This document shows, in pieces, positions 9,462-19,457 of a stretch of DNA of 64,000 bases. Position numbers and translations under genes: made by a program. Under the pieces are notes generated by a model. It saw nothing but the letters and a program-made list of their open reading frames with translations, did no database searches and was not told the DNA's origin. Numbering within the stretch: position 1 is the first letter of the stretch; every line of letters starts with the position of its first letter. The stretch covers positions 3,328,001 through 3,392,000 of the forward strand of contig OY762721.1 in the NCBI GenBank assembly GCA_963666345.1, read 5' to 3'. This stretch comes from Desulfatiglandales bacterium. GTDB lineage: Bacteria; Desulfobacterota; DSM-4660; Desulfatiglandales; Desulfatiglandaceae.

Positions 9462-10766
9462 ATGGCGGTCTTCGATCATATGCCGATGGGAGAGCAGGGC
9501 CTTAAGGAGATCTATTCTTGGCTGGATGAGTTTGTGAAAAAGAACAGCGCAATTGCGGAAAAGAAGATCCTTGGCAGATCTGAAAATGATAGATATGAAA
9601 TCCCGGCCGTCATCATAACCAACAGGTCCGTTCCGGATGTTGAAAAGCAGATCGCCTTCGTTACCCTTGCAAGACACGGACAGGAAAGAGGCGCGAGAGT
9701 CGTTGGCCCTGAGATCCTGAGTTATCTGGCAAGCGATGAGGCGTGTGAGACAAGAGACAACCAGACCGTTGTCGTTGTCCCTGTTGTGAACCCGGAAGGG
9801 GTTGTTCAGGACAAATTCAATTCCACCATGTACGGAATAACAGATCTTGAAAAAAGGATATTCGGCAATCTCTGCTCGCAGTTTACCCCGGATATGATGA
9901 TAGACTATCACAGCCTCGGCAAATCAGGCGCCACAAAATACGACCGGGGCGATATGGAAGTGATCATCCCCGCGAACAGCACCAGGTGGGGAATGGATGA
10001 GCAGATCTATCAGTATGTGGCAGGAAAAATGCTGGAGGCTGCCGAGGAAAAAGGCTGGCCTTATGAAATCCATACCTTGGAGGATCTCAGCTTCTACTAT
10101 TTCGGAGAACCGACCGGAAGGCTTCCCCATCGATACATGCAGGAAAAGGTGTTTCTGCTCCATATCCAGAATGCCTATGAGCATTACGATTTTACCGGAA
10201 ATCTGCCAGGCTATAGCAACTACACCTGCGGGCCGGCATATATGAGATGGCACACGCTTGTCTTTGGAATGGAGACGAATCACTGGGCCATAAAACCTGA
10301 GGACGGCCTGGGCGAAAGCGGCATGATACCGTGTAAGGCCCTGTTGGAAATGGGAAACAAGAGGTTCCCCTGGGAAAAAGACGCAGGTTATCCCACAAAC
10401 ATCCTGTGCGGGGATTTCAGGATTTCCATAAGACCGACAGGTAAAAACCCCGGTGAGAGAAGAATATCCAGGGAGAAGATATGGAAGGAAAGGGTCAACT
10501 TCGACATCCTCAAAAGAGAGATGCTCGATGATCCTGAAACTACCCTTGCTGAGGTGGGATATATAGGAGAAAATCTTCCGCTTGAATTTAAACTCTGTCT
10601 TCGCATGAGGCAGGACGAAATCAAGAAGGTGATGGTCGAAGGTAAGGAAGTGGAGTTTGAGACCTTTAAGGACAAATGCTCGACCTTCGTCTCCATCCCG
10701 ATGTCCCTGGGAACAGCGGGATTGACGAAACTCAGGATTACACATGAGGCCTTTAAAAAGGCCTAA
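9462..10766 (+). CDS. M14 family zinc carboxypeptidase-like protein
   Basis: LGRS, RHGQE (HxxE), VNPEG and DYHS zinc-ligand pattern; AAGGA upstream. Confidence 0.7.
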   Translation: MAVFDHMPMGEQGLKEIYSWLDEFVKKNSAIAEKKILGRSENDRYEIPAVIITNRSVPDVEKQIAFVTLARHGQERGARVVGPEILSYLASDEACETRDNQTVVVVPVVNPEGVVQDKFNSTMYGITDLEKRIFGNLCSQFTPDMMIDYHSLGKSGATKYDRGDMEVIIPANSTRWGMDEQIYQYVAGKMLEAAEEKGWPYEIHTLEDLSFYYFGEPTGRLPHRYMQEKVFLLHIQNAYEHYDFTGNLPGYSNYTCGPAYMRWHTLVFGMETNHWAIKPEDGLGESGMIPCKALLEMGNKRFPWEKDAGYPTNILCGDFRISIRPTGKNPGERRISREKIWKERVNFDILKREMLDDPETTLAEVGYIGENLPLEFKLCLRMRQDEIKKVMVEGKEVEFETFKDKCSTFVSIPMSLGTAGLTKLRITHEAFKKA

Positions 10767-10831
10767 TAGAGATCGTCCTGATTGAGGTTATGCAGGGATC
10801 AGAGCGGAAGTATCTTAAATCCCAATGCCTT

Positions 10832-10862
10832 GATACCCCGCTTGGAAAAGCGGGGTATCTTT
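10832..10862 (+). terminator. Intrinsic terminator / REP-like hairpin between convergent genes
   Basis: 12-bp perfect stem GATACCCCGCTT-ggaa-AAGCGGGGTATC followed by TTT. Confidence 0.6.
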
Positions 10863-10998
10863 ACGGCAAGATCCGATTTTTCTATCCTGCCTTGTCAAAA
10901 TCGGCAAGTTACGCACGGAGAACAAGGTGAATTTGTCTGTATATAACAGCTTCATCTTTTCGGCGGAATATATGTTTTTTCATGGACCTTGATAAGTA

Positions 10999-12147
10999 CT
11001 ACAGGTCCGGCCCGCTCAGTTTAACCTCGTAAAAGAGTTTGTAGTTACCTGAAATGCCGGGGTTGGATGCAGTTGCAACTATAAGCTGATCCTGCCCTTT
11101 CATGAATATCATGTGCCCTTCAGCGCCCTGGATGTGTTTCCCGCCGCTTTTCCACCCTTCAGCCTTAAGGCGATTTTCATAAAAGGAAAAGACCTGGACC
11201 AGGGAGGCCTTTGTCGCCATAACGGCATTGATGACATGCGGGGTCTTTATTCCATCCGTGACTTTGTCCCCAGGTCTTCTGGGAACGATCTTCCAGAGGC
11301 CGCTTACCGCTTCCTCCCCGGTTTCCGTCTGCCTTGCGCGGCTTAAGGCCTCCTGCATCTGCTCCATCATCTCGGGAGACGCGTTTTCGCCCATTGCCTT
11401 TTTCATGGCGGCCATCATTTCTTCCATATCCATGTTCTGCATGTCCTGCTGTTCCGGAGTCTGTTCTTCCTCGGATTGTTCTTTCTCCATTTCCTCAAAA
11501 TTCATTCCAAAGACCTCCATCATATTTGAAACCTTCTTGTAACCCTTTGGAAGTCTGAAATGTTTACCGGAAGGCGAGCCCTTTTTGATATTTCTCAGCT
11601 CGGTTATGCCGCCGTCCTCTGTCTTGGTCTTAAGGGGTATCTCAAGCCTGTCACTTTGCCATACCAGCATGGTGTGGGTCGATTTTATGCCCATGACATC
11701 GAATGACGTTGTAATCTGTTTTTTTGTGCATTTGAATCCGCTTATTTTTTCCCTGCCAAGGGTTTTTTCCTGTTGCACGTCTTTAAAGCTTCTAAGCTGC
11801 TGCTCCAGCTGATCTTCATCCGATAAGGTCTGGAAATATAACTTCTTGTCATGATTGATAAAATATTGCTGCTTCTGCTTTTTCAGGATGAGCATGGAGA
11901 TGTTTCGGGAATTGTCTCCTCCGGCACCGGGCATGCCGTCAATTTTGATTTTGTCGGGAGTTATGTAAATATTTGATGTGTTTACGACTCTGCCCTGGGG
12001 AGAAATCTCCACCTGCTCGGCTGAAAAACTGGTTATCTTTCTTCCGGCTAGGGCAGTGGAAAAGTGTGAATTGAAAAGAAATATAATAAGAGCGAAAATG
12101 AGGACCCCTATAAGTTTTTCCTTCCTAAAAGACAGACCAGATGCCAT
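10999..12147 (-). CDS. Exported DUF4412-like protein with Met/Glu/Gln-rich linker and extra C-terminal domain
   Basis: Signal-peptide-like N-terminus; LGREKISGFKCTK and F.LPKGYKKV pattern typical of DUF4412 proteins; AGGAGG RBS. Confidence 0.6.
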   Translation of the reverse strand: MASGLSFRKEKLIGVLIFALIIFLFNSHFSTALAGRKITSFSAEQVEISPQGRVVNTSNIYITPDKIKIDGMPGAGGDNSRNISMLILKKQKQQYFINHDKKLYFQTLSDEDQLEQQLRSFKDVQQEKTLGREKISGFKCTKKQITTSFDVMGIKSTHTMLVWQSDRLEIPLKTKTEDGGITELRNIKKGSPSGKHFRLPKGYKKVSNMMEVFGMNFEEMEKEQSEEEQTPEQQDMQNMDMEEMMAAMKKAMGENASPEMMEQMQEALSRARQTETGEEAVSGLWKIVPRRPGDKVTDGIKTPHVINAVMATKASLVQVFSFYENRLKAEGWKSGGKHIQGAEGHMIFMKGQDQLIVATASNPGISGNYKLFYEVKLSGPDL

Positions 12148-12451
12148 ATCAACCTCCTGAAAAATAGTTTGAAAGTTTGTTAATAGATAGACTCCTCGGC
12201 CATGGTTGATCGCAATTCCCCGATTTATTCCTTATCTATCCGGTTATATAACCTATTTAACCTTTTCCATCAACTCCCTGAGGGGAAAGACTTTTTCATT
12301 TTGTGCCACAGGGTGATCAACGGGCGTTGTTTTTGGTTGACCAGCCCTTTAATGTGTAGGCGCTTTTATTTTGAAGCCATCGTCCTGATAAGACAAAATC
12401 AACCGTGAACCGGAACGGCAATATCTTCTACTAAGTGAGGCACGATAATAT

Positions 12452-12692
12452 ATGAAAGCACAGATTCTCAAAGGTATTCGCGGCATGGAGATGACGGATC
12501 TTCCGGACCCTGCCATCAAAAAAGGCACCGGTATTATTGTAAGGATGAAATCTGTGGGCATATGCGGTTCCGATGTCCATCATTACCGGACGGGCAGGAT
12601 CGGGAACCAGGTGATTCAATAGCCCTTTGTGTTGGCCACGAGGGGGCAGGGTCATAAAGGCGATGATAGATTTTCCCGGAAAGGTAAATTAA
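12452..12692 (+). pseudogene. Collapsed relic of a zinc-binding (MDR, sorbitol/threonine dehydrogenase-like) dehydrogenase
   Basis: MKAQILKG..VRMKSVGICGSDVH, in-frame TAG at 12620, a frameshifted GHEGAG, then immediately the C-terminal-like VIKAMIDF in another frame. Confidence 0.8.
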
Positions 12693-12864
12693 TAATCTCT
12701 TCTGCCATGCATGCTTTTGAACTTCAGATGTTTGAATCAAAAGCCGGGGAGGCCTGAGCAGTCAGTTCGTATCGGCCCTCCTTATATCGTGACCCTATGC
12801 CGGATTCATGGTACCATATTATTCCCCGCTTTCCGGGATCTGTGGGATTCCGTGGGCATCGGGG

Positions 12865-14706
12865 CTAGCCTTTAGAGGGCCGTTTTTCTTCCCAGGCGCG
12901 AATCGCAGCCAGGAACCGACCCCCGAACCGTTGGGCCTTTTTTTCTCCGACACCGGGAATCCGGAGGAAATCCTCGCCGGTGGAAGGCCGGGAGACCGCC
13001 ATGTCTTTCAGTGTTCTGTCGTGAAATATCTGGTAGGCCGGAAGTCCCAGTTCCCGCGCAATAAGGAGACGCAGCCGTCGAAGTTCCTCCCACAGATTAA
13101 TAGAGCCGCTGTCCGTCAGATCAGGATGCAGCGTCGGCTTTTTATGGTGAACAACGGCGGCCCCGGCAGGCCGGATATCTTTTCGGAAAAAGATGGTCTT
13201 GTCCCCCCTGAGGACCGTCAAACCCTTTTCCGTCAATTGGAACCCGGCCCGTTGAGACAGGTCCACCGTGAGATAGCCCGCAGCCATCAACTGCCTGAAC
13301 ACCGAACGCCACTGACGCACGGACAGGTCCCTGCCCACGCCGAAGGTCCTGATCCGGTCATGGCCGAAACGCAGTATGCGCCCGTCGGCCTTGCCCGTGA
13401 GCAGATCGGTCAGGTACCGGACTCCGAAGCGTTGACCTGTCCTGTATACTGCGGACAGGGCCTTTTGAGAGGCTATGGTTCCGTCCCAGGAGTCGACCCC
13501 TTCCTTACATGTGCCGCAATTTCCGCACGGCTCGTCCCTGGTCTCCCCGAAATAGCGCAGCAGCACCTGTCGACGGCACTCAATCGTCTCGCAGTAGCCC
13601 AGAAGCGCCTCAAGTTTTCGCTGCTGAATGAGTTTGAAGGATTCCGGACCTTCGGAACGGCCAAGCATCCGGCGAGCCGCCACCACGTCGGCAAGTGAAT
13701 AGAGCATCCAGGCGTCGGCAGGCTCACCATCTCGACCAGCCCGCCCTGTCTCCTGGTAGTAGGCTTCCATGCTCATCGGCACATCGAAGTGCACCACAAA
13801 ACGCACGTCCGGCCGGTCGATCCCAAGGCCGAAGGCGATGGTGGCCACCACGACGATAGATTCCTCTCTGGAGAAGCGCTGCTGCCGGGCCGTTCGTTCC
13901 CCGGTCGGCAGTCCGGCATGATATGATATGACGGGGCTGATGCCTTTTTCCGACAACCAGGCTGCAGTGTCGTCCACACGCTTGCGGCTGCGGCAGTAGA
14001 CAATACCGGTTTCGGACGCATGCTCCGTTCCTATGAAGTTGAGCAGCTGTTGTTTGCCGTTTTCCTTGAGATTGACCCTGTAGCAGATATTGGGCCGGTC
14101 GAAACTTGAAACAAACGACTCGGACCCTGTCATTTCCAGCTTGTCGAGGATCTCCTCGCGGGTGACCTCATCGGCCGTCGCGGTAAGGGCGATCCGCGGC
14201 ACATCCGGGTAGAGCCGGGTGATTTGGGCTATCCTGAGGTATTCGGGCCGGAAATCGTGTCCCCACTGTGAAACGCAGTGTGCCTCATCAATGGCAAACA
14301 GGGAGATGGGAAACCGGGTGAGAAGACGCTGAAACCCTTCGGTCAGAAGCCGTTCCGGCGCCACGTAAAGGAGGTCGGTTTCACCGGACAGGATGCGTGC
14401 CTCAACCCGTGCGGCGGCACCGGCATCAAGGCTGGAATTGAGAAAGTCCGCATTTACCCCGTTTTGGCGCAGCCCCTCGACCTGGTCCTGCATCAGGGCG
14501 ATCAGAGGTGAAATCACCACCCCGACCCCTGTCCTGATGATAGCGGGGATCTGAAAACAGATCGATTTGCCGCTGCCCGTGGGCATGAGGACAAAGACGT
14601 CCCTGCCGTCCAGCAGATGTTCAATGATCTCTAGCTGATTTTCTCTAAAAGAGCCGTAGCCGAAGCATTGATTCAGAATTTGTTCCGGCTTCGCGGAATG
14701 TTTCAT
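12865..14706 (-). CDS. recQ: ATP-dependent DNA helicase RecQ
   Basis: MPTGSGKS, DEAHCVSQWGHDFRPEY, YYQETGRAGRDG, Zn-binding CRR..CGNC, RQC and HRDC domains. Confidence 0.97.
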   Translation of the reverse strand: MKHSAKPEQILNQCFGYGSFRENQLEIIEHLLDGRDVFVLMPTGSGKSICFQIPAIIRTGVGVVISPLIALMQDQVEGLRQNGVNADFLNSSLDAGAAARVEARILSGETDLLYVAPERLLTEGFQRLLTRFPISLFAIDEAHCVSQWGHDFRPEYLRIAQITRLYPDVPRIALTATADEVTREEILDKLEMTGSESFVSSFDRPNICYRVNLKENGKQQLLNFIGTEHASETGIVYCRSRKRVDDTAAWLSEKGISPVISYHAGLPTGERTARQQRFSREESIVVVATIAFGLGIDRPDVRFVVHFDVPMSMEAYYQETGRAGRDGEPADAWMLYSLADVVAARRMLGRSEGPESFKLIQQRKLEALLGYCETIECRRQVLLRYFGETRDEPCGNCGTCKEGVDSWDGTIASQKALSAVYRTGQRFGVRYLTDLLTGKADGRILRFGHDRIRTFGVGRDLSVRQWRSVFRQLMAAGYLTVDLSQRAGFQLTEKGLTVLRGDKTIFFRKDIRPAGAAVVHHKKPTLHPDLTDSGSINLWEELRRLRLLIARELGLPAYQIFHDRTLKDMAVSRPSTGEDFLRIPGVGEKKAQRFGGRFLAAIRAWEEKRPSKG

Positions 14707-14735
14707 GGAAGGCCTTTGGTTCCTCCGTTCTCCCT

Positions 14736-16352
14736 TTACTTTCCCGTGCCCTGCCTTGCGAAACTGGCGTGAATTGTTCGTCCGCTGAAGCTGGCCCCTT
14801 TAAGTGCCTTGAGTACCTTTTGGGCAGCTCCCTTTTCTACCTCGAAAAAGGAAAATTCTCTTTTAAGCGCGATTCCGCCAAGTTTATTCGAATTGATACC
14901 CGCCTTTTCACATATAAGTTTGACAAATGAGTTTTCTTTCAGCTTGTCGAGCCGACCGATGTTGATAAAAAAGCGCTGGGTCTTCCCTGCACGGCCCGGG
15001 AGGGTAGGTTGTTTGGCGCGATGCCGGACCTTGGCATTGATGTCTACTGTGTCGCGATAATAATCGAGAAATCGGTTGAATTCGGTTGAGACAAACCTCC
15101 GGATCAGCTCCTCTTTGCTCAAGCCGCTCAGGGCCTCATAGACCGGCGGCAGGTATTTTTCGATCTCCTGACCGTTTACATCCACACCTACCATCTTATC
15201 CACCAGGGCGAAGAGCTGCTTTTCACAGATGGAGTGCCCTGAAGGTATTTTCCCGAATTGAAATTGGACACCGCTCTGGGTTTCAAGGTCCCTGATACGG
15301 CCCGTTTCCTTTGTGTTGATCAGGACCAGGGATGCGCCCGATTTTCCGGCCCTGGCTGTTCTGCCGCTTCGATGGGTATACCTGTCAGGGTCATCTGGCA
15401 GATTGTAGTTGATCACATGGGTGATATCCTTTACATCCAGTCCCCTTGCCGCGACATCGGTGGCTACCAGTATCTGGATGGTTTTTTCCCTGAATTTGGC
15501 CATGACGTGGGTGCGCTGGGCCTGTGACAGATCCCCGTGCAGGGCCTCGGCATTATAGCCGTCCTTTATAAGTTTATCGGCCACTGTACCGGTCTCGCTC
15601 TTGGTACGGCAGAATATCAAACCGAAGATATCAGGTACGTAATCAATGATGCGTTTTAGTGCCGCGTAACGGTCTTTTTCTTTGATAACATAGCAGGTGT
15701 GAGCGATATTTTCAGCTCCCTTGTTCCGTCCCCCCACTGTGACCTCGACGGGGGCGGTCATGTAGGCCGAGGCGATCCTTTCGGCAGCCTTCGGCATTGT
15801 TGCGGAGAAAAGCCATGTACGCTTGTGAGAGGGTGTCTGGCTCAGTATGTCGTCTATATCCTCCTTGAATCCCATGTCGAGCATTTCATCCGCCTCGTCC
15901 AGGACCGCGTATTTGATGCCTGTAAGCCGGAGGGCCTTTCGATGCATCAGGTCGCGCAACCTTCCGGGCGTGGCCACCACAATCTGGGCCCCCTTACGAA
16001 GCTCCCTGACCTGATCGCTGATACTGGCACCGCCGTATACGGCCACAATGCGTGAACCCTTTACGTAGCGGGCATATAGTTTGAGATCATTGATTATCTG
16101 GAGGCACAGTTCGCGTGTGGGGCAGAGTACCAGGCCCTGCGGTTCCTTTAATTCAAAATCGATCAGGTGGATCATGGGCAGGCCGAAGGCGGCGGTTTTG
16201 CCGGTGCCGGTCTGAGCCAGGCCGATCAGATCGGCCTCTCCGTTCATGATCTCAGGAATGACCTTCTCCTGGATCGCGGTAGGGTATTCAAACCCAAGGT
16301 CCTCAACGGCCCTGAGGATCTCCGGTTTCAATTCAAGTTTATGAAATTCCAT
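14736..16352 (-). CDS. DEAD-box RNA helicase with DbpA-type C-terminal RNA-binding domain (DeaD/CshA-like)
   Basis: AQTGTGKT, PTRELC, DEADEM, SAT, TDVAARGLD and HRSGRTARAG motifs. Confidence 0.95.
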   Translation of the reverse strand: MEFHKLELKPEILRAVEDLGFEYPTAIQEKVIPEIMNGEADLIGLAQTGTGKTAAFGLPMIHLIDFELKEPQGLVLCPTRELCLQIINDLKLYARYVKGSRIVAVYGGASISDQVRELRKGAQIVVATPGRLRDLMHRKALRLTGIKYAVLDEADEMLDMGFKEDIDDILSQTPSHKRTWLFSATMPKAAERIASAYMTAPVEVTVGGRNKGAENIAHTCYVIKEKDRYAALKRIIDYVPDIFGLIFCRTKSETGTVADKLIKDGYNAEALHGDLSQAQRTHVMAKFREKTIQILVATDVAARGLDVKDITHVINYNLPDDPDRYTHRSGRTARAGKSGASLVLINTKETGRIRDLETQSGVQFQFGKIPSGHSICEKQLFALVDKMVGVDVNGQEIEKYLPPVYEALSGLSKEELIRRFVSTEFNRFLDYYRDTVDINAKVRHRAKQPTLPGRAGKTQRFFINIGRLDKLKENSFVKLICEKAGINSNKLGGIALKREFSFFEVEKGAAQKVLKALKGASFSGRTIHASFARQGTGK

Positions 16353-16926
16353 TGATTCTTCTTCCTAAAATGGGGTTACGGCCCTTTGTGCCTGAAGCGA
16401 CTCATTACACGGCCTTTAGACAGGGTCCATTTGAAAAAATGGGCATAAAAAAAACCGCTCCGGCGGTTTACCGGACGGCTTGTGTGCGGTACGGTGGTGA
16501 CACCCTGTGGGGTATTTTCAGACGTACGGCCCGTCGCTTGAGCCGCGTATGACAAAATTATCTATTACATTAATCATTGCGGTCTGTTTTATCAACCCTT
16601 TTGTCATAAGAAGAAACAAACGGCATGTCTGAAATCGTGATAATCACCCTGTCTTGCCTTGGATCAGTCACAGTGTCCGGCATGTTTTTTGTCCCTCCCT
16701 ATAAATATTTTGCATATTATAAACATCCTAACAAAATTTTTGACTGTAACAAAGAGTTAAGATCTCAATGCCATAATGAAACCTGATTGAAAATACCGGT
16801 TGACTCGCATATGAAATGCTTGTATATGCAACCAAACTGACTTGGGCCGTTCATTTAAAACAAGGTTTTGTTGATCTGCATGCACGATATTTTACCGGGG
16901 GACAAAACGAAAAAGGGGCTTATCTT

Positions 16927-17370
16927 ATGGAACATGTACCTTGCGAATCATTGGGTTATCTGCTGTCCCATGCTTCAAGAAGTCTCAATGCCTGTCTTAA
17001 TGCCATGTTTGTGCGTGGCGGCCACCGGGTTACCGCGGAGCAGTGGAAAATACTTCAGCATCTCTGGACAAAGGACGGGGTTCCCCAGAAGGAGCTTGCT
17101 TCAATGATCGGCAGGGATGAGACCATGACGACCCGCTTTATAGACGGCCTTGAAAAAGGGGACTACGTGGTGAGGATCCCCGATCAAAAGGACAGAAGAA
17201 GAAAGAGGATCTATCTCACGCGCAAAGGCAGGAGTTCAAAAGAGGTGCTCAATAGGCTTGCCCGCGAAAATCTGGAAGAGGCGTGTCTCGGGCTGTCGGA
17301 AAGAGAGGTGGAACGATTAAAGGCCGGGCTGCGATCAATTATGCAGAATCTGAAGAATAAAAAGGCATGA
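16927..17370 (+). CDS. MarR family transcriptional regulator
   Basis: T.EQW.IL, QKELA and DQKDRRRKRIYLT.KG wing motif. ATG at 16927 after AAGGGG is preferred over 16816. Confidence 0.92.
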   Translation: MEHVPCESLGYLLSHASRSLNACLNAMFVRGGHRVTAEQWKILQHLWTKDGVPQKELASMIGRDETMTTRFIDGLEKGDYVVRIPDQKDRRRKRIYLTRKGRSSKEVLNRLARENLEEACLGLSEREVERLKAGLRSIMQNLKNKKA

Positions 17371-17430
17371 ATTTATTAGCATATAACTTGCAATTACAAT
17401 AAATAAATTCAAGAGAAACCATCCTGATAT

Positions 17431-18816
17431 ATGAAAACCGAAGAAAAACAAAAACGGATCAAACGATCAACATTGATTGTGTCGACAATCGCATGTTTTC
17501 TTTCCCCATATCTTGGCTCGGCGGTAAATGTATGCCTGCCGGCAATGCAGCAGGACCTTTCCATAGATGCGGTGCTTTTGAGCTGGATTACGACTTCCTA
17601 TGTCCTGACAAATGCCATGTTCGCGCTTCCGCTCGGCAAGGTCTCGGATATCTGGGGAAGAAAGAAAAGCCTTGCAACAGGGATCGGACTCATAATGATT
17701 TCCTCTTTTTTATGCCCCTTTGCCGGAACAGCCGGGGTCATGATTGCCCTGCGTGTATTTCAGGGGATAGGCGGGGGGCTTGTTTCGGTTGCCGGCCTTG
17801 CCATTGTTTCATCTGTCTTTTCCCCGAAGGAAAGGGGAAAGGTGCTGGGAATAGTGATCGCATCGGTTTACGCGGGCCTGTCTGTCGGCCCTTTTGCAGG
17901 AGGGTTTCTTACCCAGACATTCGGCTGGAAGAGCGTATTTCTGTCTGCCGCGCTGATGGGATTTATCGCCCTTTTATTCATAGTTTTCGGGTTGAAGGGT
18001 GAATGGGCGGACGCGGCAGGGGAGAGGCTTGATTTTTCAGGATGTTTTCTCTATTCCCTTTCCATCTTTCTTGTCACCTACGGGGCTACCATGCTTCCAT
18101 CCCTTGATGCAGGTTTTTTTATCGCAGCAGGAACGGTCTGCCTCTTTTTTTTCGTGGTTCATCAGATGCGTTCTTCCACGCCCCTTTTCGATGTACGCCT
18201 TTTTGTGAGCAACAGGGTCTTTACGTTTTCAAGCCTTGCAGCGCTTATTCATTATTCGGCAATCTTTGCCGTAACCTTTCTGATGAGTCTCTATCTCCAG
18301 TATGTGCTGGGGCTTTCTCCCCAGACCGCAGGCCTCGTTCTGCTTGCCCAGCCCCTTATGCAGACCGTTTTTACACCTGTCGCAGGGAAGCTCTCCGACA
18401 TGAAGGACCCTGGTCGTGTAGCATCCCTGGGCATGGCGGTAACAGGACTGGGTCTGCTTCTGCTTATCTTTCTTAAAACCGATTCATCCCCTGCCTTTAT
18501 CATTATAAGCCTGATGCTTCTGGGGCTTGGGTATGCATTTTTTTCATCCCCCAATATGAATGCGATAATGGGATCGGTTGAAAAGCGCCATTACGGGATC
18601 GCATCAAGTGTTACCGCGACCATGAGGAGCCTCGGCATGACCGCGAGCATGGCCGTGGCAACGGTTACCATTTCCATCTGCATAGGAAGAAACGAGATCG
18701 CAGCGGAGACTTTTCCGGCACTCCTTGAAACAATGAGGATATGCTTTACGATTTCCATCGTGCTCTGCTGCTTCGGTATCGTGGCTTCCCTTTCACGCGG
18801 AAAGGTAAATAAGTGA
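17431..18816 (+). CDS. MFS transporter, DHA2 (EmrB/QacA-like) drug efflux family
   Basis: GKVSDIWGRKK motif A, RVFQGIGG and GPFAGG motif C; about 14 hydrophobic segments. Confidence 0.9.
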   Translation: MKTEEKQKRIKRSTLIVSTIACFLSPYLGSAVNVCLPAMQQDLSIDAVLLSWITTSYVLTNAMFALPLGKVSDIWGRKKSLATGIGLIMISSFLCPFAGTAGVMIALRVFQGIGGGLVSVAGLAIVSSVFSPKERGKVLGIVIASVYAGLSVGPFAGGFLTQTFGWKSVFLSAALMGFIALLFIVFGLKGEWADAAGERLDFSGCFLYSLSIFLVTYGATMLPSLDAGFFIAAGTVCLFFFVVHQMRSSTPLFDVRLFVSNRVFTFSSLAALIHYSAIFAVTFLMSLYLQYVLGLSPQTAGLVLLAQPLMQTVFTPVAGKLSDMKDPGRVASLGMAVTGLGLLLLIFLKTDSSPAFIIISLMLLGLGYAFFSSPNMNAIMGSVEKRHYGIASSVTATMRSLGMTASMAVATVTISICIGRNEIAAETFPALLETMRICFTISIVLCCFGIVASLSRGKVNK

Positions 18817-18974
18817 AGATACGGCAAGGTCTAAGACGGGGAGCGGGTCCTGCCGCGAATAGCCAGGCGAATCAAGGCAAAGACCATGAGCGGCTGCTAA
18901 CGGATTCCGGAACATTTTCATTGAAAAAATGAAAACAATTGAGTCCATGCTATGGATTTGCTATATATAAATTT

Positions 18975-19457
18975 GGATCATCTCCAAAAGAGTTGGTCTA
19001 AATGAAGGATTGGAGGGGTCAAGGGGCCGCGGGTTCGAGTGAAAAGCTTAAAGATCATAGGAAGTTAAACGTTCGGTAAAAAAAATTGTATACACCTTGT
19101 TTGCATATGTATAAAGAAACGAAATGTTTTTTTAAAGATGAGCAATACTGTTTTACCTCCCGAATCAGAAGATCCGCTGTTTTCGTATCAAGGGATACCG
19201 CCTAAGGGTATGGGAGAAAAACGGCTATAGAGTATATGCAATTTTTCTTTATTGCATATGGTTTAGCCTGTGAATTGGAAACCCGGGACATGATATCAGT
19301 TGGCCTGGGTTATTTGAAAGAAGTAAGCTTCAGAGATTAAGAAGGGAAATAAGGGATGTCGGGGCAATGTCCAAAGCGATGATCAAATCCCTGGAAAGAA
19401 AACCCTTGAATCCTTGGACCCTTGGACCCTCTTCGACAACTAAGTTGGAGAAGAACC
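18975..19457 (+). mobile_element. Non-autonomous TIR element (copy 1) carrying a decayed four-helix-bundle gene
   Basis: Ends are GGATCATCTCCAAAAGAGTTGG and CAACTAAGTTGGAGAAGAACC (imperfect inverted repeat). ATAAATTT is directly repeated at 18967-18974 and 19458-19465. Confidence 0.88.
19045..19430 (+). pseudogene. Four-helix bundle protein (23S rRNA IVP / Avd-like family) pseudogene
   Basis: Reads LKDHRKLNVR*..CLHMYKETKCFFKDEQYCFTSRIRRSAVFVSRDTA*GYGRKTAIEYMQFFFIAYGLACELET..LGYL, then after a frameshift MIKSLERKPLNP. This matches the family pattern FPxxExYGLTSQIRRSAVSxPSNIAEGYGR..F.IAYGS..ELETQ. Confidence 0.85.

Noticed and set aside
9114..10745. Long antisense ORFs of 265 and 273 aa
   Set aside because: They are shadows of the M14-like gene on the opposite strand and have no recognisable motifs.
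12808..13698. 296-aa plus-strand ORF
   Set aside because: Almost entirely antisense to recQ; no motifs.
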